From positions 1 through 31,864 of the forward strand of contig CBFFRP010000589.1 in NCBI GenBank assembly GCA_965644295.1: a DNA stretch of 31,864 bases. Direction: 5' to 3'. A program made the translations under genes and the position numbers. The notes beneath the pieces were generated by a model. That model made no database searches, was not told the DNA's origin, and was given only the letters and a program-made list of their open reading frames with translations. Of this stretch, positions 8,701 to 16,567 are shown piece after piece (the stretch's first letter is position 1; each line of letters opens with the position of its first letter). This DNA is from Paraphysomonas bandaiensis (Eukaryota > Protista > Chrysophyceae).

Positions 8701-9698
8701 TTCTGAATTCAGAAGTCTCATCCGAGACGGGGTACTCACCCTTTGAGCTCACTTTTGGCTCTAATGATCTGGAATATTTAACTATGAATATACAGACTTT
8801 GCCTGAGCGTGCACACGCCAGACTGACTGCTCTTAATGAACAGTTAGAAGGCCTACGGGCGGCTTCCAAAACTTACCAGCAGCAGTTAGCGAGTGAACGT
8901 GCTGGGGAGGGAGTTCACCCGGACAAGCAGAACCGATATCAACCGGGCGACTTCATTTTATTTGACAAAGGCGCCAAGGTTCATCCCAAGATGTCACATC
9001 GATACATGGGACCTTTTGTTGTTAAGACCCAGTACAAAAATGACATTGATTGTCAGCACCTTGCTACAGGGCAAGTGGTACGTGTTTCAGTGACAGACGT
9101 CAAACTGTTTCCAGGTGATAGAGAAACTGCGTACAGCATGGCTCTACGAGACCAGGATCAGCATGTCATTGACAAGATTCTCTACTATCGGGGTGACAGA
9201 GAGTCACGCTCCACTTTGACTTTTACTGTGAGATTTCAGGATGGTGATGTCAGAGAAGTGCCTTATAGCAAGGACCTTTTTGACTCAGTGCCTTACGCGG
9301 ACTTTTGTTCCAGCAAACGGTACCTCTACCACCTGATTTATCCAGCGGAGGGTGCCAAGAAATATATCTCGGACATCCGACGCCAGTCTATCACTCAGTT
9401 CAAACCCGGTGACCATGCATATGTTGACCTACGCATTTATGGCGACGTATGGTACGACGGACTGCAGTTACCAGACTCCCACTTACTGACCTATGTAGCT
9501 CCGATCCAGTTCACACACTGGTATCATCGAAGCTCTAGGAGAGTATTATCCGTCAAGGATCTTCTCACTCTCCGCACTTACCGTTATGACAACTACCTCG
9601 TGCATTGTTTCGTTCACCCTGAACTAGACACTAGCACTATGGTACTCGTCGACAAGGACTTGGCTACACGCTACCCTCAAGTCCTTGAGTCCGCTTAG
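5733..9698 (+). CDS. pol: Pol polyprotein: aspartic protease, reverse transcriptase, RNase H, integrase, chromodomain-like module
   Basis: PR LCDTGA. RT RFCGDY, DIDLTNAFHQI, MPEGI, IFDN. RH TDAS, EQEAYGI, TDHNNL, ADWLSR. IN H-x6-H...CPNC, IGID, ISDQG, CERII, GPF. Then HVIDKILYYRG...FTVRFQDG. Confidence 0.96.
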   Translation: MIEDLEEHVISVCDGNDDCDYLPEAKTLNTTSSKVHFKDGAKLYASYPSAKKFSSAHTVGRVIIDKKFGVEELVKVLCDTGALSANYVARDLVDRLRTKLEPSRFYKVKHRVVLADSRTVKDLDEGVRLNLVFTDPKSHTYQYTGEFIVIDMSSNDIILGLPALTGKLYPFMCAVMEQAHENHLEDSAQGNHNLSALQNEDMESREEHRRPWSKANDAIAPEDNETELPVQFKDALTFLGKSREEALNDYYEQIETHVSQEMKQETNIMDLLSSKAEKVFVPDEWTGVRGVDPLTLKWKETLPERMKPRARPINPKLWEASEKEFRRLCGYFYQKSRSPWASCLVVAPKATPPYIRFCGDYVNINKHMQVGNYTIPNVKHELDKIINFPLYMDIDLTNAFHQIPLAEETSERLSIQTPWGQYAPKFMPEGIAPATGILQEVVREIFEDFSDWAIVIFDNMLILANDPQDAYQKFEKVIDRCIERNLKLKMPKSWLGFRKVDFFGYVCRHKSYEVNPEKKEALGKIPMPTNTKQARSLLGKGVFFSSFTPRYSDLVAHLTDLTKSKFNWDKTTWRHDYEAEYRRFIKGLQDSCELFYPDYNLEWTLRTDASELGIGSVLLQKKILADGTEQLQPIAFLSKKFSAQAQKWATIEQEAYGIYYSVKHLAYYLIGKQFTIETDHNNLLWMESSEVPKITRWRIFLQSFNFSIKHISGAKNWLADWLSREHQVAALSGIFLDEDYADAYFLGEDCTEDEFFNFLGNFMNPEDREVSPHAQSSVTPEDALQQVHNARVGHLGGRATWIRLNKQFPGHGIPYKVVEDFIAKCPNCVKTRLAMKEALIPIVRNLKPPSARSAIGIDAVEITPHGADGYTHINVVVNLFTKLVYLEPVKGVTALNLANTVWKYWSYYGHTDLIISDQGPDLTSDLFKQLTEYMGVRHTFSIANRHANGCERIIGEVVRHLRALVYENSKRVERKDVFEDPSWIPSAQYILNSEVSSETGYSPFELTFGSNDLEYLTMNIQTLPERAHARLTALNEQLEGLRAASKTYQQQLASERAGEGVHPDKQNRYQPGDFILFDKGAKVHPKMSHRYMGPFVVKTQYKNDIDCQHLATGQVVRVSVTDVKLFPGDRETAYSMALRDQDQHVIDKILYYRGDRESRSTLTFTVRFQDGDVREVPYSKDLFDSVPYADFCSSKRYLYHLIYPAEGAKKYISDIRRQSITQFKPGDHAYVDLRIYGDVWYDGLQLPDSHLLTYVAPIQFTHWYHRSSRRVLSVKDLLTLRTYRYDNYLVHCFVHPELDTSTMVLVDKDLATRYPQVLESA

Positions 9699-9855
9699 AG
9701 CACGGGACCAATCAACTTACACGTGACCTTCCAACTCCAACGCTCCTCTGCTGCACCTTCGTTTTGATGGCTAATTTTTAGTTCCGTTGAAATTTGTGGG
9801 CCGCAGAGTGACGCCCGTCTTCATCATTTCGCATAATACTTATATCAAACAAACA

Positions 9856-9880
9856 AAAAAAAAAAAAAAGGGAGGCGGGG
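9856..9880 (+). other. Polypurine tract (plus-strand primer)
   Basis: A-run followed by GGGAGGCGGGG, 3 nt upstream of the 3' LTR start. Confidence 0.85.
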
Positions 9881-9883
9881 CAA

Positions 9884-10942
9884 TGTGACCACGTGGCATT
9901 TCACATGCCTCAGTCACGTGTCTATAGTAAGTGCAAAACTACTAACTACGGGATGAAGACAGAGACGATAGAAGTATCAGAAACATATCATTATTACGCT
10001 ACAGATTACTGAAGAACTAGCACTAGGACTGGAGGTACAATTTCCCATAATCTGCCAACAGCTCTTCGCCGGCCGCAACTGCCCGAGTGGTCTGCACCCA
10101 GACCACGTCCAAGCCGGACTCATCTACTACAAATTCGCAGTTGAAGCGCCAGCCAGCAGCATGGTCAGAAGGATACACCGTGTTTATATACCTACCATGA
10201 TTATGAGGCACCCGGGCCAAATAAGCTTGGGACCCCAGCGGCCAAAGGTAACCCATGTCCCGAGTGTCCCGCTCCGCATCTATATAGAAGTCCTTAGCCA
10301 TCTCAAGTATATATGCTCCCCAGCTGGGACGGGAGGTATACACTTCACCGCTGTAGAGGCAGAAACGCAGTCCTAGCTCCAAATCCTGTAAGGAGAATAA
10401 ACCTTGCTGTTCAGGCTTATCGCCCTGAGGGTTGGTGGATCTGTAGTGGCAGACATTGTTTATGCAGCAATGGATATGATGTATGTATCTGATGTGGACA
10501 TTGGTTCTTAGTCTGAGATAGTAGATGTAGGAAAAGCATCATACGGTATGCTGCACACTCACATACATGTTGGTCCATTGTAATACAGTAGCAGTACTCT
10601 GAATACGCAGTATTCAACGGCTAATTTACAAACTGGCGAGTGTGGTGTGTGGTGTCATCGCGAGTGTGGTGTGTTGTGCTTGTTCTATGTTGCATTGCTT
10701 TACAGCTCAGTGTTTTGTTAAGTGTTGTTCTGTTTGTACACTAGTGTTCTGACTTCACTGGAGGTGGGGTTTGCGCGGTGATTCTTGGAGGGAGTCACTA
10801 GTACAAGCTTGCAACGCTTGACATACTGTTTAGAGTAATAATCATCCTGTTCTCCTGCAATCAGACGTACATATAGCTCTGGTTAACTCATTGTGTTTGT
10901 TTCTGCTGCACAGCCTTGGTTATCAAACCTGGCTGTGTCATA
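9884..10942 (+). repeat. 3' LTR (1059 bp; lacks 301 bp present in the 5' LTR)
   Basis: Direct repeat of 2028-3387; junction GGTTGG|TGGATC at 10435/10436. Confidence 0.95.
10023..10456 (-). pseudogene. Internally deleted, frameshifted copy of the SET ORF in the 3' LTR
   Basis: Same C-terminal SET sequence as 2167-2901. The 301-bp deletion (not a multiple of 3) disconnects it from the original ATG. Confidence 0.82.
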
Positions 10943-11346
10943 CCTGATAAAATTGTGTGTTTGTTAATAAAAGAGTCGTTGGACTGTTGCAAAGCCATTA
11001 ACTGACCAACTAGATTATTATAATTCTGAATATCTGAAAGTAAAGTAGAGCCATGAAATACTCGCACTCTAGAAATTAGGGAATGAATACCGGCCTTATC
11101 CAGTCTTACGAATTCTGCTGTGGTCGCGGGGTTAGATGTTTCTGTGTTTACTATTAAGCTTAATTTTAAAAGTGAATCAGCGCCCGACATTACGAGATTA
11201 CGACCGGTAGGAACATTAATAATTATGGTCTCTCCTGCACCATATGGCCCCAAACCATTTTGTGGAGCTATATTATTCTGATAATTACGCGCATAACTTG
11301 AATTTATATTATTTGTATACAATACGTTTTTTGGTAATCCTGACAT
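10943..11346 (-). pseudogene. PLV major capsid protein, N-terminal part (135 aa)
   Basis: MSGLPKNVLY...IAPQNGLGPYGAGETIIINVP...IHSLISRVRVFHGSTLLSDIQNYN is typical of PLV MCP N-termini. The last 17 aa of the listed ORF are read-through into the LTR. Confidence 0.85.
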
Positions 11347-11394
11347 ATATACTATAAATAGATAAATATTTTTTATAGTATAATAAAATATAAT

Positions 11395-11835
11395 TTATAT
11401 AAATGTGCTATCATCTTGTGTTAACTTAGCTAAAGCTTTTCTTGTGTTGTGTTTTTCTAATTTATTACCTGCGTTATGAGCCTTTTTAAATGCTTTTTTA
11501 CTGTGTTTATCGGCTTTATTATGGAGCTTATGTAGCTTATGTACGCCTTTATGTCCTTCGTGTAATCCTGCTTCCAATAGTCTAGATGCTGATCCAACAA
11601 CGGGCATTGTATTTAATCCTGCTTCATTAATAGCGTGTATAGTTTTATCGCCAACGCCTAATATTTTATCTGCTGTGTTAATTGCTTTTGCTGATTTATC
11701 AAGACCTTTATTTACTCCATGTTGGACCTTGTCTAATACGTCGTGTGTTTTTTGTCCTAGTTTATGTATTCTGTGATCGGCCTTGCGACCTAGTTTGTGA
11801 AATTTACGATTTAGCTTTTTGCCTAGTTTTGACAT
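11395..11835 (-). CDS. Basic His/Lys-rich protein, putative virion core or membrane-active protein
   Basis: 146 aa, very K/H-rich with KLG/HKL repeats and a short hydrophobic centre; lies between the penton and MCP genes. Function is inferred. Confidence 0.6.
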   Translation of the reverse strand: MSKLGKKLNRKFHKLGRKADHRIHKLGQKTHDVLDKVQHGVNKGLDKSAKAINTADKILGVGDKTIHAINEAGLNTMPVVGSASRLLEAGLHEGHKGVHKLHKLHNKADKHSKKAFKKAHNAGNKLEKHNTRKALAKLTQDDSTFI

Positions 11836-11865
11836 GTATATATACTATATTGAGAGAAATATTTT

Positions 11866-12603
11866 TTATTCAATAGTTAATAATAAATTTAAAGACCAAT
11901 GTAAACCGTTTAATTCCAATACATCTGCGTCTTGGTCTAATAATTGGACATGTAAAGTATTTATATTATGTATATCATGTACTAAGCTCTTAATATTATT
12001 AATATTTTTATAATTAATAATAGATCCTGCGTTAACATCAACAGGTACAGAGGTAATAATAGAGGCTTTATTAGGTGTAGCACTATTTATATTATTTAGA
12101 ACGAAATTAGACGATGCTATTAAAACGTTTCTTACTGTAAATAAATTTATACCAATTGTTGATAATAATATTAATGAATCTGAATAATAGGTTATATTAT
12201 CTTCAAATCCTAATAATTCAAAACAGGTTGAAGTGTTTGAAAAAGAAAAATCATAAGTACTATGGGTAAATTGTAATTTATTAGTTGATGAGTTATAAGT
12301 TATTGTAAATCCTGGTTCTAAATTGGACTGTAAAAAACTTATTAATGTTCTAATATTATAATTGGCTTTTGTAATTGTAAGTGAATATGGAACACTATTT
12401 AATGTATAATTCAGTGTGTTATTGGTTGAATTAACATTATAAAAAGAGTATGGTATAGAGGCGTCAATTACTGATATATAGGCTTTATGACGTCGTTTAA
12501 CATCTATCTTTGGCAATATAAAAATACAATCAGTAGTTTTATTATTTAGGTATTGATTAGCTGTCTTGCTGTTTAGAACAATCTGTATTTTCTCCATTAA
12601 CAT
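11866..12603 (-). CDS. Minor capsid (penton-like, single jelly-roll) protein
   Basis: ASIPYSFYNVNSTNNTL, ITKANYN, ITYNSSTNKLQF, ELLGF, QLLDQDADVLELNGLHWSLNL: motifs typical of PLV/virophage minor capsid proteins. Confidence 0.85.
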   Translation of the reverse strand: MLMEKIQIVLNSKTANQYLNNKTTDCIFILPKIDVKRRHKAYISVIDASIPYSFYNVNSTNNTLNYTLNSVPYSLTITKANYNIRTLISFLQSNLEPGFTITYNSSTNKLQFTHSTYDFSFSNTSTCFELLGFEDNITYYSDSLILLSTIGINLFTVRNVLIASSNFVLNNINSATPNKASIITSVPVDVNAGSIINYKNINNIKSLVHDIHNINTLHVQLLDQDADVLELNGLHWSLNLLLTIE

Positions 12604-12772
12604 TATCAGATATTTTTATTTCTGCAAAATCATAGGTTAACATGTCTGTATCTATATTGTTATTTCTGTTTAATTTTGGTGTGTCTAAGTTAATCACTCT
12701 GTCTAAGTCTATAATATTTTTCTTTGAAAATTCATAATTATCATAGTTTATTTCCCATTCTAGGCCGTCCAT
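12557..12772 (-). CDS. Small hypothetical viral protein
   Basis: ATG at 12772 is preceded by the TATATA-type motif seen before neighbouring genes; overlaps the penton start. Confidence 0.5.
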   Translation of the reverse strand: MDGLEWEINYDNYEFSKKNIIDLDRVINLDTPKLNRNNNIDTDMLTYDFAEIKISDNVNGENTDCSKQQDS

Positions 12773-12812
12773 ATATAAGTATATCACATAATATATTTAT
12801 ATATTTTACATC

Positions 12813-12855
12813 TAAGGGATAATTTCCCCGAAAATTTAGGGATTTTTATCCCTTA
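12813..12855 (-). terminator. Stem-loop at the stop codon of the 12853-13137 ORF
   Basis: TAAGGGATAA...TTATCCCTTA perfect 10-bp arms with an inner TCCC/GGGA stem. Confidence 0.45.
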
Positions 12856-13137
12856 TTTCCATCCTACAGAATCACTGCGATATTCACCGTGTAGAAAATC
12901 ATATTTTCTTAATAATTCAGTCCTTTTATCTTCGTCTTTATTTTCATATATGATTAATTGCCGTTCATTTAATAGCTCTACTTGTAACTCTTTCTTTTGT
13001 TTTTGAAGTTCTGATAATGTAATTTTCATGTCTTCTATTTCTCTGTCTAAATTTCTTATCTCTTCCTGAATTTTAGGCATATGTGTTTTTCTAATGCAGT
13101 ACACTTCTCCTTTCAACTTTAATAAATACTCACTCAT
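12853..13137 (-). CDS. Hypothetical coiled-coil viral protein (94 aa)
   Basis: ORF with heptad-like E/K/L pattern and the conserved upstream motif. Confidence 0.7.
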   Translation of the reverse strand: MSEYLLKLKGEVYCIRKTHMPKIQEEIRNLDREIEDMKITLSELQKQKKELQVELLNERQLIIYENKDEDKRTELLRKYDFLHGEYRSDSVGWK

Positions 13138-13192
13138 TATAATATATGACTATATATTTTTTTAAAATTATTTTATATTTTTACATATGTAA
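13135..13192 (-). promoter_or_regulatory. Conserved AT-rich viral promoter/leader
   Basis: Near copy of 14008-14060; minus strand reads TTACATAT...AATATAAAATAAT...AAAAAAATATATAGT...TATTATAATG. Confidence 0.55.
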
Positions 13193-13212
13193 TAATTGAA
13201 ATAAATTATAAT

Positions 13213-13539
13213 TTAACAGTCCTCGTCACTGTCTGTGTCATCATCAATATAAACATTTCTAGTACTTATAGGGAGACGAACCCTATAACGGTCATACCTC
13301 TTGCTGCGGTGCAATTCTAATAGCTGCCCCTTAGTTAACAAAGACATTTTTTTATCTTGTATTTTATTGCGGAGATTAACTAATTCTTCGTTTATGTTAT
13401 TCTGTTTTTCTATTAAAATGTTCAATTTTATTACGTCTTGATCTATTTCGTCCTGTACGTTTGTTTTATGAGAACGTTTAATGCTATAAAATCTATCATC
13501 TATATCCATTGAGTAAAATTTACTTTCGGCCTTTGACAT
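13213..13539 (-). CDS. Hypothetical coiled-coil viral protein (108 aa)
   Basis: ORF preceded by TTATATTATAATG; acidic tail. Confidence 0.7.
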   Translation of the reverse strand: MSKAESKFYSMDIDDRFYSIKRSHKTNVQDEIDQDVIKLNILIEKQNNINEELVNLRNKIQDKKMSLLTKGQLLELHRSKRYDRYRVRLPISTRNVYIDDDTDSDEDC

Positions 13540-13578
13540 TATAATATAACATTACAAAAAAATAATTCTATAATGTTT

Positions 13579-14010
13579 TTAATGCGTTAGTTTATCAATA
13601 GTATTCATTGAATATGCCCACTTATCCGTTTTCATTTTCTTTTTATCGCCGTCATTTTCAATAATATAAACAACTGATTCCCAAAACTTATTTTTAAGAT
13701 AAAATTCATCTAGAACATCATCACCTTCGTTTTCTCTTAAACCTAAATTAATAACAGCTCTTTCACGCCAATCATAATATTCAGGTAAATTGTCTGCTGG
13801 TCTATAAGTAAGAAGACCGCTATTTATAACACTCTCATCAAACCGTCTGTTTAATATATCATTGACTTCATCAGCTGGCCTATTTAACTTATGTTTTAGA
13901 CAGTCAAATGGATCATTATGAATGTACTTTTTATGTTTGTAGTAGTATTTACCATTATGCTTGGAATCAACATTTTCGCAACAACTGAAATATTTTAATT
14001 CTTTTGACAT
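13579..14010 (-). CDS. Hypothetical viral protein (143 aa)
   Basis: ORF with the conserved upstream motif; no family recognised. Confidence 0.7.
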   Translation of the reverse strand: MSKELKYFSCCENVDSKHNGKYYYKHKKYIHNDPFDCLKHKLNRPADEVNDILNRRFDESVINSGLLTYRPADNLPEYYDWRERAVINLGLRENEGDDVLDEFYLKNKFWESVVYIIENDGDKKKMKTDKWAYSMNTIDKLTH

Positions 14011-14060
14011 TATAATATAACTATATATTTTTTTATTATTTTATATTCTTATATATGTAA
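14008..14060 (-). promoter_or_regulatory. Conserved AT-rich viral promoter/leader
   Basis: Near copy of 13135-13192. Confidence 0.55.
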
Positions 14061-14638
14061 AACAGGGAGTAAAATACGGCATGTCTATATATAGTGTTAA
14101 ACAGGTCTGTTGTTCCGTCTATCTGTTGTAATTGTTCGGTGTTTAAGTCAGGGTTGGTTGATTGTTTGGTTGATAGGGTCGGTTGATCGCTGGGGTTAAT
14201 ATGTATAGTATTATTTTATTTTGATTGCATTTTTTTTGACATTTTTTTTGAAAATATTTATTTTGGAATTTATTTTTTTAGAAAAAAGTTTTTTTTAAAG
14301 AAAAATGTTGTAAAAAATGTAGTGTATACTGTTACAGAATTTGTGAAAATAAGATTTTTTTTGCATTTTTTATTGTGAAAGGTGACACGACATTTTTTAT
14401 GCAAAAAAGTGTATAAAAAAATGTAATGTACAATATTGGGATTACTTGCACGTGATACACAGCGATACCATAGGGGTAAGGGTTGGTGTATATTAATAGT
14501 TTGCATGGTCACGGTTAACACTGTACAGGGGGTGAAATCCCCCTCTCCTCTCTCTTTTTTTCAATATAATTGTATTGTAGTTATAATTTGTATCTGACAT
14601 TATATAATATTTACTTATATAATAATTTTTATAAATAG

Positions 14639-15102
14639 TTATTCTAAACTATTTAAGATTTCATTTAACTGTTCATCATCTATTCTACCTAGCTTATTTA
14701 GTCTTTTCAATATGTCTATTCCTTCTTTTAATACTTCATTGCTGTTGTTTCCTGCTCTTATATACTCCCTTGCAATAGTTCAAATCGCTTTAATAAATCT
14801 TCTTCCGTTAGTTCTGGCTCTTTGTATTTCAATTCTGTCTTTGCTCCTGATTGTATCATTATGATGTTAAATAACTTCTTCTCTTCTTCTGTTAGTCGTT
14901 TTATCATTTCATAGTTTAGTTCATTTGTGTCTATTAAGTTTAACAACAACACACTCGCAAACTCTGGGCTTATTGTTCGTGTCTTTATATATCTGCTGAA
15001 TGGTGACCCTGTCTCATATAATACCATTAGCTTATTGTCTAATAACTTCATTACATTTATTTGTAGTTTGTAAAACTTCTTATAGTTCTTTTTAATTGTC
15101 AT
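14639..15102 (-). pseudogene. Viral hypothetical protein with a 2-nt (TA) frameshift near 14760
   Basis: The ORF stops at ...LLQGSI*. Removing one TA from AGTATATAAGA gives ...RFELLQGSIRAGNNSNEVLKEGIDILKRLNKLGRIDDEQLNEILNSLE* (153 aa). Confidence 0.65.
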
Positions 15103-15151
15103 TATTATATAATATACTATTATATTATATTATATTTTATACTATTGAATA

Positions 15152-16552
15152 TTAACCAAATCTAACTCTCATGCTTCCAACCTTTCTGATCTTTAATCCT
15201 TTACCATCTTTTATAATGTCTTCTTGTGGTTCTTCTTTTACTTCATCTTCATCGTCATCTTTTCTTTTCATTTCGTCTTCTTCTCTTCTTATATCGTGTA
15301 TAGTTCGTGTAATTGATTTTCTCGGTTCTCTTGGTTGTTTTGCTTCTGCAATATTTCCTTCTTGTTCTGCTATTCTTTCTCTTAATATTCTATCTATTGT
15401 TCTGATTCCTGAGTCTTTGATAAATTTATATAAACTTTTCTTTTGTATTCCTGTTGCTTTTCCGCCTTTTGGTGTAAAGAGTGGTGCAACTTCATTATAA
15501 GATTTCAAGTCATCTTTATTAACTCGTGTTGAACTATCTTTATATTCGTCTCCTCCTTGATTCAATATTCTAATCAATCTTACCACATTAGCTGACATTG
15601 CCTTCATTTCTTCTAATGTCATGGAATTTACTTTATTTATAGCTCGTTGTGTCTTTTCATCATATACTTCTTTTACTTCTTTTATCTCTTTCTCTTCTTT
15701 CTCTTCTTCATCATCATCTTCTATTTGTTCGTCAAAGCTAAAGTCATAATCATCATTTTCAATATGAAAATCTTCATCTTGATTTGTTATTGATGATATT
15801 GAATCATCGTGATAATCAGAAACTGGGTAATTTTGAAATTGTCTTGTGAAACTTTCTAATGATTTTTTGTCTATCTTTTGTATTTCTGGAACAATTGTGT
15901 CTTCATCAACTTCTTCATCAAAATCAGGTAAATCTGACATTTCATAAGCTTGTTTCACTTTGCTTTCTCCATACTTCTTAATCAATGATTCTAAAGTTAG
16001 TTGCAATGCTTCAAGTCTATCATTTAAATCATTTTTAGTTTCGTTTGATATACCTGCTATATTAGTTAAATGTCGTATTATTGCATCAACTTCTTGTTCT
16101 GATGATAAAAGATTTCTTATTCCTGATGTGTTCTTTTGATTTTCAAGATATCTATATACAAAGTCATACATTTCTTGCGCTCTCACTTTACCTACCTTAT
16201 TAGATAAAGAAGAAAACATACCTAAAAAATATTTGTTAAAGTCAACAAAGTTTTTATATCTACTATTTTTTAATTTATTCAAAAAGTCTTGTGCCTCGTT
16301 ACCGTCATTTTTAAACAACTTCAAAGCGTTCTTTTGTGCTGTCTGTGATTGTAATACTTTATCTTCTTCTTTTTCTGCTAGTGTTCTATTATCTCTTACT
16401 TCTGGTGTAATACCTTGTTTTAAGTGTTGTTGCTCTTCTGATATATTCTTGCTAATGTCTGATAATATTTTTAAGTCGTTTAGTTCCTTTTGTCTAAAAT
16501 ATTTTGCTTTTTCCTCTGGACTTAATCTTCTTATTTCAAAACTTGATAACAT
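15152..16552 (-). CDS. Large acidic/charged hypothetical viral protein (~466 aa)
   Basis: Long AT-rich ORF. ATG at 16552 follows TATTATATATAAAAAT; the upstream ATG at 16600 lies inside the neighbouring Copia-like sequence. Confidence 0.75.
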   Translation of the reverse strand: MLSSFEIRRLSPEEKAKYFRQKELNDLKILSDISKNISEEQQHLKQGITPEVRDNRTLAEKEEDKVLQSQTAQKNALKLFKNDGNEAQDFLNKLKNSRYKNFVDFNKYFLGMFSSLSNKVGKVRAQEMYDFVYRYLENQKNTSGIRNLLSSEQEVDAIIRHLTNIAGISNETKNDLNDRLEALQLTLESLIKKYGESKVKQAYEMSDLPDFDEEVDEDTIVPEIQKIDKKSLESFTRQFQNYPVSDYHDDSISSITNQDEDFHIENDDYDFSFDEQIEDDDEEEKEEKEIKEVKEVYDEKTQRAINKVNSMTLEEMKAMSANVVRLIRILNQGGDEYKDSSTRVNKDDLKSYNEVAPLFTPKGGKATGIQKKSLYKFIKDSGIRTIDRILRERIAEQEGNIAEAKQPREPRKSITRTIHDIRREEDEMKRKDDDEDEVKEEPQEDIIKDGKGLKIRKVGSMRVRFG

Positions 16553-16567
16553 ATTTTTATATATAAT

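Larger units (their letters stand above)
2028..10942 (+). mobile_element. Full-length Ty3/Gypsy (Metaviridae) LTR retrotransposon with SET-encoding LTRs
   Basis: Direct LTRs at 2028-3387 and 9884-10942; 4-bp TSD CCTG (2024-2027, 10943-10946); gag and pol with PR-RT-RH-IN order; polypurine tract before the 3' LTR. Confidence 0.96.
1..16567 (-). mobile_element. Endogenous Polinton-like virus / virophage-like element (partial; continues left of the window; may be two nested elements)
   Basis: AT-rich, intronless, densely packed co-oriented minus-strand genes. They include an MCP-like gene, a penton-like gene and an SF3 helicase, with shared AT-rich motifs before the ATGs. No pPolB, packaging ATPase or integrase is seen in the window. 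Confidence 0.85.

Noticed and set aside
2305-9093. Short overlapping ORFs within the LTR, gag and pol (e.g. 2305-2535, 2616-3062, 4019-4282, 5194-5523, 6960-7259, 8061-8348)
   Set aside because: Shadow frames of longer motif-bearing ORFs, with no recognisable features.
10941-10946. Canonical CA LTR end at 10940 with a 6-bp TSD (TTCCTG/TACCTG)
   Set aside because: It needs a mismatch, and the TA is present after both LTRs. A TA end with a perfect 4-bp CCTG TSD is more parsimonious.
14270-14521. 83-aa ORF in the viral non-coding stretch
   Set aside because: Non-ATG start, low-complexity F/K tail from A/T runs, and no conserved leader motif.
1-16567. Assignment as a canonical virophage (Lavidaviridae) or canonical Polinton
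   Set aside because: The diagnostic cysteine protease, packaging ATPase, pPolB and integrase are not in the window, and the ~450-aa MCP looks PLV-like. Only a general PLV-like call is supported.
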